Part shown: positions 1 through 10,645 of the stretch, piece after piece | Layout of the letters: each line of letters opens with the position of its first letter | Position numbering within the stretch: the stretch's first letter is position 1 | DNA from: Rhizophagus irregularis | Lineage: Eukaryota | Length of the DNA stretch: 64,000 nt | Assembly (NCBI RefSeq): GCF_026210795.1 | Contig: NC_089430.1 | Coordinates: 4,712,001 to 4,776,000, forward strand | Direction: 5' to 3' | The notes under the pieces: model-generated | What the model saw: only the letters and a program-made list of their open reading frames with translations | Databases searched by the model: none | What the model was told of the DNA's origin: nothing | Position numbers and translations under genes: made by a program

Positions 1-360
1 TGATAATAAAAAAGAAAAAAAAAGTGTTAAATATCAACTTAAATTTATATTATTATTAACTACTAGGTAAACGGAAACCGTTGAATTTTATCGCTCAATT
101 AAGAATCTGTATTTTATAGTATACAATATTTATAATATTTCACTTAAAATTATATAAATAACGAGAATTTTTTTAAAAATTATCTTTACTTTATTATTAA
201 TTGAGACAAATTTCACAATTTATTGGCATCTAAAAGAAAACTAAATTATAATTTGTGTAGAATATTATTCTAGCTAATCATTTAACATAAAGTGAATAAA
301 AAAGAAAAAATAAATTGTAAATTATAAAACTAATAAAAAATTGAAATAATATTTATAATA

Positions 361-888
361 TTATTTCGATATTCCAGAGTAACCAGAGCCTTCACCATCC
401 TGAGTGGTCATTGCACCATTAGGAAGACGTTTCCTAAGTTTATTGCTATGACAATTACGTTTATTATGGTGAATTTTTTTGGTGAGAATACCATTGTCAT
501 CACAGTCAATACTCATATTTGTAAACTTATGTCTGAAAGATTTGGTACCGCCACGACCATTTGGTTTTATATTCAATCCATCCGTGAGATCGAAAAGTGT
601 ATTTTTGCACTCATCAATAATTTTCATTCCGTAAGACGCGTTTGTATCATCGAAACCTTTGTTAAAGATTCCTGCGACTTCAGTGTGACCATTTTCGTCT
701 TGGGCAAAGAATACGTAACCTATAACCGGACCAGAATTGAAATCCGCGGCGGCGACAGAGCAACTGCATTGATGTCGTTTTTCAGGAGTATTAGATAACA
801 GTTCATTACTACTTGGAAAAGCTGACGAAATAGTAACGAAAGATAAAAGAATAAAAAAGGTCAAAAACGTAAAGTATTTCATTGTCAT
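361..888 (-). CDS. Small secreted Cys-containing protein SSP1 (175 aa), SOD-like fold lacking metal ligands
   Basis: Intronless ORF. Likely start is MTMKYF (ATG at 888 or 882), not the GTG at 1014. Hydrophobic signal peptide, pro-region ending EKR, CxC, close paralogy to 22772-23302 and 40450-40965. TATAAAAA at 999-1006 on the minus strand. Confidence 0.9.
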   Translation of the reverse strand: MTMKYFTFLTFFILLSFVTISSAFPSSNELLSNTPEKRHQCSCSVAAADFNSGPVIGYVFFAQDENGHTEVAGIFNKGFDDTNASYGMKIIDECKNTLFDLTDGLNIKPNGRGGTKSFRHKFTNMSIDCDDNGILTKKIHHNKRNCHSNKLRKRLPNGAMTTQDGEGSGYSGISK

Positions 889-998
889 ATTTTTTTTTAA
901 AAAAAAGGGAAAAATTAATTGTTTTCTCTTGATATTATTTCTGTTTATTATTCGAATATTGAATTCGATGAGGAATGGAAGAAGGGTAGAATCCACCC

Positions 999-1006
999 TT
1001 TTTATA
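999..1006 (-). promoter_or_regulatory. Putative TATA box of SSP1
   Basis: TATAAAAAG followed by a pyrimidine-rich tract about 110 bp upstream of the ATG. Equivalent motifs lie at 23430-23437 (-) and 40340-40347 (+) before the paralogs. Confidence 0.6.
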
Positions 1007-2365
1007 TTTCTCACAAGAAAGAATTTATATTAGTCGAATAATCAGTAATTTGATTAATTCTTTCTTTTGTTCTTGATCTAAAAATACATGTAAAAATTTA
1101 AAAATATAGAAATGTTACATAAATATGCTACATTGCATAAGTTATTGAAACTTTCTAATTTCTTCGATATTTTAATTAAAGTTCCTTGTCGGAGATTGTA
1201 TGAATCATAAAATTTTAACATTTTCGTCATTTGTAATAAGTTTATTAGTAAAATCTATATATAAATTTAACGCTAAAAAAAACAAAAATCATTATTGAAT
1301 ATGTTGTATGATTGTGTTTACATAAATCAGAAATGAGTTTATTCACGCACACATATTATTTTGCATGCATAAATAAAGTATAAAAAGTAAACAATTAAGG
1401 AAATAAACATCACCGAATGATAACATATAAATATTTTTATGGTACACGTGATAATTTCAGGAACGGAAAAACTTCGGAGGAAAAAAAAAGAGTTTTCATT
1501 GATTTGTTCAAAAGCCTAAAAGAAGTTAGATCCCATCTTATATATCTTATATATATAAGGAAAAAGAAAATGCAACGAATAAAAAAAGTAATGTTAAATG
1601 ATGCATAATGCACAGATTGACCCGAAAATGTCAATCATAATAATAAAATTGATTTTTATCTTTTTTATCTTAAAATGAACAATACATTATTACTTCAATT
1701 AATTTAATTAATAATTTTACTTGTACGTGTATCCTTAAAGTAGTAACACAATCAATTTCATTGATTCTTTATTTCCGGATTTGAGAAATTTTTGTGCCGT
1801 GAATATAAACATTTTTATCCATTATAATAAGTTTTACGATACACCGATAGTCACTACGTTACGTAAATTTCATTATATCATCAGTAGATAGAATTTATGA
1901 TTGCGATGAACAACGAAATTTGTTCGTTCATGAAAATACATGAGTGCATAATCATAAAATTCATATCACATTATTGATAATCACAAGAAAGAAATGATAA
2001 AAAAGATCTCTTGGCAAGAATTTTCGGGAAAAACTCCGAAGAATAAATAAAGTAACGTCACTAAACTTATTTTGTTTATTTTAATAAAAAAAATTTTTTT
2101 TTTTTTTTTATGCATTTTATGCATCAAACAAAATCTAACTCTTTTTAATTTTCTAAATCACTTTTTATTACTCTTCCGCTACCATAATAATTTCGAAAAA
2201 GGTTAAATTCTTTACGAAAATTTTGGGGACTGGTTGAAAAAAAAAAACTCCAACAATATAATAAAAAAACAAGTTAGTTGTATATACTCTAAAAATTTAT
2301 GTCTTGTTTTCTTTTCCCTTTTAAAAAAAAATTCGTCTCTCTAAAGTAAATGCTACTTTTTTAAG

Positions 2366-5300
2366 ATGAGGTTATATTATATTTTTCTTTTATCAATTAT
2401 TTTACTGGCGATATTACCAATAAAATCATCCATTATAATTGAAGAACCAATACCTGAAACCCCTTCAACTCCTCGCGTGTTAAATATAGATAATTATGAG
2501 GATGGCACGATAGTCGTTCGAATAGTTCGTTTAAACTATACAGCTCCTCCCAAATTTTGTCTGGAGGAAAACTTATCAATTCGCACAATTTATCCCAATG
2601 GAACTGTTAAAGGATTTGATCTTTCAGCAGATACATTAAATATACAACCTTTCAATTTTTGTCTTCTTTCAAAATTTAACCCTCTTAGATTTTACCCTGT
2701 AAAAAAAAATTTTTTGTTTTTAACTTACGCGGAAGCTGAAGATGTAAACAATCCTTTCACTTATAATGATTGGGGGATGATTATCGACTTAGATGGAGTA
2801 ATTAAAAGGTATATATGTAATATAAATTAACTTATTTATTTATATATTTGATATGAGCATAAATAATAAAGATTATTATACCGCTTCTTTATAGTAAATT
2901 TTGGTTAGGTACATCTTTTGTTAATACTACTACTAACGAATGGTTGCCCGCTCAAGATTCTATCAGACTAAATATCCATAGAGATAATGGATTTCTTCGT
3001 ACGGCACCCATAACTAGTACTAATTCTATGATCTTGCAACAATTCAAAGTGTAAATATTATATTTTAATTTACGAAAATTAATTTTAATAATTTTAATGT
3101 ATAATTTAATAAATATTTCTACTTCTTTTATAAGAAATGAAAATGGTGAAATCCAACTTCTTGCAAAATCTTATATGAATTTTACGGCTACTCCAGTCGA
3201 AACAGTTGCAACAATGGACGGAGGATACGCGATTATTTATCCTGGTATTACGCCGTCATCAACAATCCCTTTTGCTCCATATATATCGATCCATGGCTTT
3301 TTTTTACAAAATGGAAATCCAGAACCGCAAGGTCCATTTGTTCTTTATCAAACTCCAAATCCGGTATCAAAAATTATTTTACTTGATTGTGGTTTTACTA
3401 AAGTGGGATTTGGTCAAACTTGTATACTGGTTTTAAACGTTGCCCCAGCAACAGATCAAAATACGTTTATTAAAATGGATTTTCTTTCAACGGGAACTGT
3501 ATATAATATTACTATTTTTCAAAACCCTGCTGATCTTACTGATTTTGCCATTATGCCATTAGATTATGGAGGTTATCTCTTATTTAGTACAGCACCAAAT
3601 CTAGATAAAACTAAACTTAATCTTTATGGTTATATTTTGGATGACAATAGTAAACGTTATAATTGGAACATATCATATCCTACTATAACAAATTTTATTG
3701 GTGATATTTTAATTTTACCAAATAATACTCTTGTAATCCCTCAACCGGAATCTGGACAAACTTGGGGTTTGATCACCACTGATTTGTATAAGATCGAGGG
3801 TGCACGTGGTAAGGTGATACGAACGAGAAATAATATAATTACAGTATATCGTATAAAATATTTTTTAACTTGTATAAACTTTTAAAATGTTACTAGATCA
3901 TGGTTATGGAAATTTACATATCTTCAACACAACCCCGATCATTGGTGATACTATAGATCCATCTGGAATTGAATCCCTTACAATTAAATTTTATAGTAAA
4001 GTCAATTTATCACCTTATCGTAACGTTACGATTTTACAAGATGGTGGTATTATACGTCAAATTACTTCTGTAAGCAACGATAATGGAAATTTTGTAGAAG
4101 CTATTGATGACTATACTATTAAAATCAAAGTGATTGATAGTACTTTTAATCAGCCTAATACAAAGTATTATGTTTTAATTGATGATGGTTTTGTAGAGAG
4201 TAAAGATCTTCAAGAACCTATCATTGGAATACAAGATAATGCTTGGAATTTTAATACAAGTAAGTGTTTATCTTATTTAAAATGAAAGTGATGTTGCATA
4301 TACATAAAATAAAATTCCTTCTTTTCTTCATAATAGCTCAACAAGAAGTTACACAAAAAAGTATTTCAACTTTTTATGAAACAAAATTAAACGAATCTAG
4401 CATTAACGGAAAAGTTCGATTGACTGCAGAAGGAACCACTTATTTCAAAAGTTTCAAACATGATAAAATTAAACGTAAAGAATTTTTTGATAATTTAACA
4501 CAAGAATTGGCCAAAGCAGTCCCTGTTGGTCCGGAACGAATAACTACAAATGAAAGACATGAAATTGATACTTCCGTTTCACCCGAACAATACATTATAT
4601 CTATTAATATTAAAAGAGCCAAGAATTCAAATGACAGCAGATCTGTTAATTTGGTCGCTAGTGATTTAAATACTTTAATAAAATATAAACTTATTACTGT
4701 TATTGGTTCTGGAGTATATACAAATTATTTAGATGAAGAATATGGATATGAACCCATACGTAAGAATCCAATTTTTTTTCGGATAAAGGATTTCATCTCA
4801 AATAACTAAATAATATTTTTTTTTTTATAAAAATAGCCAGGTGGTTAGAAGAACATTTGAGTAGTATTCTTGGAACAATTGGATTGAACATTATATTATT
4901 GTTGTTTGCTTATTGGGTAAATATTCATTTAATATTAATATATTACAAAAAATAAAAAAAAATTTTTCTAACTTTTCCCCTTTTTTTAGAACAAAACATT
5001 TGCAATTTATACATGTGGCAACGCTATTGAAAAATTTGTGACGACAATTCTTTTTACTAGCATAGATGCGGGTAGCGTGGAAAATATCTTCACTACAAGG
5101 TAAAAAAAACCCCCTAAAAGTAAAATAAAAGAAGTATATTTATAGGTTTGTTTTTTTTCCAAATACTGATTTATTCTCTTCCCTTTCCCTCACTTTTTTT
5201 CTTCTAGTCTTTTTTTTGTGACATTTCCGTTTATCGTAAATTTGGGATTTGCATTTAAAGTTGTAATTGATGAACTTATGGGATATGATTTCCAAAAATT

Positions 5301-6626
5301 ATTAGAAAACATTAAAAAACTTAATGACTTGGTAAAAAAAGGCAACAATTCCACAGTAGAAGTTAACGATCGCAAAAAAAAATTTAAGAAACTCATAAGA
5401 GAAACTAGAAAAGAATTAATAAAAATTGAAGAAGAAGTTAGCGATCTTAAGAAAGATGTTAATGAAATATTAAAGAATCCTGTTGATGATGTAAAAACCA
5501 AGGAAAAATTGGTGAAAATTATCGATCATATAACAAAATTAGTAGACATTAGTGGACATTTAGATGAACTTTGGAAATTATTAGAATTTAATAAATTTGT
5601 TGCTATAAAATTAGAAGAAATTATCGTCGAAAAAGAATCGGAAGTAGATAACAAAGAATCAGAAGTAGATAACAAAGAATCAGAAGTAGATAACAAAGAA
5701 GTTTCAAAAGTTAATGAAGGAATTGTCAAAAAATTTGCAAATGAATTAATTAAAATTCATAATCTTATAATAAAGGAATTAAAAGAAGTTAAAGAACTTA
5801 ATGAGCAATTAAATAAAGCTGTAGACCTTATCGTGAATGAATCAAAAGAAGAACCTCCGATGAGCGAAAATGAACTCACGACGAGCGAAAATGAACCTAC
5901 GACGAGCAAAAATAAATTTATGAGCGAATTAAAAAAACTTGAGAGCTTTAAAAAGGAATTAGAGGAATTAGAAAAACTTGAAAGCTTTAAAAAAAAATTA
6001 GAAGAATTGAAAGAAAATAATGAAGAAAGTAACGGAAAGGATAGTATTCGGATAAAAATTAAGAAATTGTTTAGTAGGCTTCAAGAGAAATTCGAAGAGA
6101 TTATAAAAGCGATAGAAAAAAAGCGGCCGCCGAAGAAATATCGAAAACTTTCAAAATGGTTAAGAGATTATAAAGATAATCAAACAATTGTTATAATATT
6201 CACGATATTAGCAGGAGTCGATATTTCACATTTAGAATTGCTTGGATCACAGTTACAAATTCCAAATATTAATTATTTTGGTCTTGAAATTCGAAATATT
6301 AATTTCAATGCTGAATTATCTCAAGCAGCAGAAAATAGTTTATTTTGGGGTGATGTCACTAATATTTTCATTGAAGATGTTTCTACAATATTTATTCAGG
6401 TATGTAAATTATTTTTGTATTAATATTTTATTTTTTTATTAAACCAATCATTAAATTTTATTTTATTTTTCAATAGTGTTTTTATTTGTCTCAAGTTGTA
6501 TCATTTGGTTACACGCCCATATACACTATTTCAAAATCTATTATACATCTCATTAATAACGTTTATCACATACATCAATATAATAAATCCTCAGACACCA
6601 ACCCGGGCGAACCCAATAATTTGTAG
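2366..6626 (+). CDS. Multi-exon cell-surface multipass membrane protein R1 (about 1196 aa)
   Basis: Hand-spliced exons 2366-2808, 2895-3050, 3135-3808, 3897-4259, 4337-4759, 4837-4916, 4990-5099, 5208-6399, 6477-6626; all GT-AG, 3591 nt, in frame. Signal peptide; exon 4 resembles an SbsA/Big_5 Ig module (TTP..G...YYVLIDDGFV...WNFNT); hydrophobic segments in exons 6-9; K/E-rich coiled coil in exon 8. Confidence 0.88.
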
Positions 6627-7538
6627 AATGAATGGAGATGCTCAAAATTTAACTAATAATTTTTATTGTTCGATCAATACAACTTATTAAATTAATTATT
6701 ATTTAAATAAATGTTATATATAATAATGCAGAATTGCAGACGTCGTTAAAATTTTTATTTTTCCAAATAAAATTTCTAATATATAAATGTTATACACGAT
6801 CTGCCTAACAAAAATTTTGTTTCTTTACTTATTGTGTCGTTCGCCAATTAATGACCCTAATGAACAATTGTTTATGAGAAAAATCAGGGTGGCGGGCTAT
6901 GCATGCGCAATACCGGCGGTCGTCATATTGATGAGTCCTTTCGAGAATAAACTGCTGATTAATTTTAAACAATACGTTTCTTTCTAACAAACGAAAAATT
7001 ATTCACTATGTCCATTTTTAGAGATTGTCAGTGTGGGGCAAGTCAGAACTGTAATTCAATTGACACTACAAATATTAATCCATGCTAATAATATTCACGG
7101 AATTAATAATAAAACCACTTAGACTAGATTTTGCCGATCATGTAGAAACATTAAAATTTTACAGGGTTGGTGAGTTTTGCAGCATATTTAGGGTCATTGT
7201 CGTGTCCAAAAATTGTTTCTTCAGTTGAAGTTAAATCACCTTCAATCAAACGAAGATCAGTTCAGCTGCAAACTCCTTTCGTTGTAAACCATTATACTAC
7301 AATCGCTAATCTGATTGTTGTTTACATTTTCCTTCCAACAATACTGAAACTTACTTTCTCATCTTCTTTCAGTCTTCATCAGGACAAAATTTTCGTGTAT
7401 CTTCTAGGTAAGACTTATTTTTCTCTCAACCATTTCTTTAGAATACCATATAATATTGCATTGAATATTATTTGTTTTTAAATTTATCTTGTATGCCAAT
7501 AGCAGTAGAACATCGATAGCAAGTTAGTATAATACGAT

Positions 7539-9739
7539 TAGTGCTTCGATCCGGGTAGAAATCGTTATCCGGATAAATTAAAAAAATTATCCGGCTTTTA
7601 TCCGGATAGAAACCGAACCCCGGATATATACTTGCCGCCCATTTAAATGGGATGGGAGTCCCATCCCATCCCATCCCATTCCATCCCAAATCCCAAATCC
7701 CATTCCCATTCCAATCCCAAATCCCAATCCCAATCCCATCCCAAATCCCAAATCCCATCCCAAATCCCATTTCCTATAATTTCAGCCAAATTTTATAATT
7801 CCGGCCAAATTTTCCTTTTTGGGCACTTGAGTAACGTTACACAATCCAAAAAAGGCAATTTTGATTCTCATCAAAAACGGGAAATGAGTTACACAATAAT
7901 CCAAAAAAGGATATTCTATGTCGATCACTTAATTCCGGCCAAAATTAAAAATTACGTGACTCCGGCGATAAATAGCAAACTCCTTTTTTATTAACATAAA
8001 ATTTTTTCAAATATAATACTCTTTAATCTAAGAATTGATTAATTACAGATTATATGATAATAATATGAATGCTTAATAGGTTAATACTTTACAAATAATT
8101 AAATATACAAAAAATTATAAATAAATCTCTTTAAAGATATTATATCTTATACTGTATATGCTAATAATTTAAATTTAAATTAAAAAAATTAGAAAACTAA
8201 ATCCATTTTTATTGAATACCAAGCCATTTTAATTAAATACTAAGCATTTGATGTTAATGAATTATTATTTATTATTTTATAGATAAATTTTTTATTATTT
8301 TAATAAATAGGTTAAAATAAAGTTAAAATATTACATTTTTGTTATAAAAAATTTATAATTTTGTAATGTTTTTTTATAATAAAAAGGCAAATGCAACAAT
8401 AAAAAATTAATTCCAAATATTTCTTATTTAATTGATATTACAGGACCTCAGACATCTATTATAGAATTCATAATGGCTTTTTGCAAAAATTAACCTAATC
8501 TGCTCTTTTTTTTTATTATTTCTTGCAAGAAATATTTTTATTTTATAGAGCTTAATATTAGCTACAAATTAAAAAAAAGTTTATCAAAATTGGATCACTG
8601 GATATTGAGAAAATCGCAAAAAACTAATTTGAAAAAGGACCGTAATACTAGAGCTGTAATTCTGGCCGGAATTATATGATCGGCATAAAAATTTCCTTTT
8701 TCGGAATGCTTGTGAAACCAAATCTCCCATTTTTTGTGGGAAGAAAAATTTCCTTTTTTGGAATTTTGTGTAACATCACGTGATAGATAGACCAATGGGA
8801 GTAAGGTTACACAATATACATGTATAAGATTAATGGGATATGGGATGGGATATGGGATATGGGATTGGAATGGGATTGGGATTTGGGATTGGAATGGGAT
8901 TATGACAAATGGGATGGGATAAATGGGATATGGGATGGGATATGGGTGGGATGGGATATGGGATTCTCCCAATCCCATTTATATGGGCGGCAAGTATACC
9001 CGGATAAGATTATATATAAAAAATTTTTTTATTGATCGATCTTAACAAATAATATCAGTGGCATTAACCTAATTAAATTTTGACTTAATATTTTTAACTA
9101 AATTGGTGATATTTTATTAATTTTAAATAAAATAAAATTTTAATTTCGGCCGGCACTATGAATTTTGCCTGTCAATTTTTTGAAAATTTGAGAAACGTAA
9201 AATTTTGCAATAAATACATTATTATAAATATAAAAAACACGATAAAATCGTAAAATAATGGAAGATTAGGCATAAACCAATTATTTTTATTATATTTATA
9301 TACTGTACTATTTTGTAACTTAAAATTAATCAATTCAACCTATCTATTAAAAAAAACTTTTTTTTTTAAATCATGGATCGACAGTAATTTGGGCCAAACA
9401 TATAATGGCGGCCAAAATTACAAAAATCCCAAATTTTGTTTAGCTGGGTTCAGGCCATCTATAATGCCAGCCCGAATTTTATGAAATTGCTTGATATTTG
9501 TCAAGAGGCAGCAGTATCCGGATTACTGCCGACCATCGAATGTTCTACTAGTAATTTTAGTAAGATAGATTATGATTTTAATAAATGGTAATTTAATAGA
9601 TAATAATTTCAATAAATAAGTAATTTAAATGATTAAAAAAAAATTTTTATAATTTTTTTTATCCGGATAATGGGTCAAGCTATTTTTTTTTTGGATATCC
9701 GGATACCGCGGTTTTATCCGTGCACGGATCGAAGCACTA
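7539..9739. mobile_element. Non-autonomous hAT-like DNA transposon
   Basis: 15-bp perfect TIR TAGTGCTTCGATCCG (7539-7553; reverse complement 9725-9739) and 8-bp TSD AATACGAT (7531-7538, 9740-9747). No transposase ORF. Confidence 0.9.
7631..8994. mobile_element. Nested TIR element with TA-flanked ends and long G/C-skewed subterminal repeats
   Basis: Ends CTTGCCGCCCAT...ATGGGCGGCAAG, flanked by TATA on both sides. Imperfect inverted arms of roughly 330 bp contain CCCAT/CCCAAAT arrays (left) and GGGAT/GGGATT arrays (right). Confidence 0.8.
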
Positions 9740-10264
9740 AATACGATAAACGACCTGTAATTTCGTATGACAATCTAAATTGACATATATATTATAGTTC
9801 AAAAGTATTGTATGAATACAAAAAAAAGAGTAAACTGAAAATATCAAATATTTGGATATGTCAGGAGGTTATCAATTCCAGCAGACATTTAACGTGAAAG
9901 ATAATTAAACTTTATTACTTGCATATAAACACAAATATTTTATTAAGGCCATGTTCATTGCTTAAGCATCTCTTTCAATGATAAGATATGACTAAGGCCA
10001 TAACAAACTTAATCTTATGGTTTTCACAATATAAAAATTTCATCAATAACCCGGCAACCGGCCTTTAATTTTTTTTTTCCAAAAATTTTATGTGAAATTT
10101 TTTTTTTTAATTTTTAAAAAATTCTCACCCGACATAGTAATAATATAAAAAATTTTTTTTTGGGACCTAACAAAAACTGACCTGGCCGGGATATGAAAAC
10201 CATTTTTACCATTTTTGCCACTTTGTGTCGCCTAATCTAATTTTTATTTGATTTTATAATTGAA

Positions 10265-10645
10265 CTTCCTAAAATAAAAAAGAATAAAATAAATGAAATA
10301 AGGAGAAGAAATAAAGGAAGAGGAAAAGAGAAAAAAAACAAAGGAAAAAAAGAAAACAAAAGGATAAGAAAAAGTGAAAATGAAATATAAACAAAATGGA
10401 ACAGGAAATGTAGTACAAAATGTGATAGTAAATCACAAAATGGAATAGAAAGTGGAGAAACAAAATGGAACATGAAGTAAAGAACAAAATGAAACGTGAA
10501 GTAAAGAAAGTGAAGTAAAGAACAAAATGGAACATGAAGAACGAATGGAATAGGAAATAAAAGAGGGAAGAAAGGAAATAAAATGAAATAAAATGAAAGG
10601 AATAAAGAAACGAAATAAGAATAAAGAATAAAAGAAAGAAATGAG
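10265..10645. repeat. Purine-rich low-complexity tract
   Basis: Degenerate AAAATGGAA/GAAGTAAAGAA units. Explains the F/S/L-rich spurious minus-strand ORFs. Confidence 0.7.

Noticed and set aside
889..1014. N-terminal extension of the 217-aa ORF call
   Set aside because: It starts at GTG, spans the TATA box, and paralogs begin at the signal peptide.
2366..6626. Calling R1-R4 adhesion GPCRs or receptor kinases
   Set aside because: No GPS/GAIN motif, no clear 7-TM pattern and no kinase motifs are visible.
7468..9035. GW/PIP-rich ORFs and telomere-like GGG repeats
   Set aside because: These are translations of the transposon's subterminal microsatellite. The units (GGGAT, GGGATT) are not permutations of TTAGGG.
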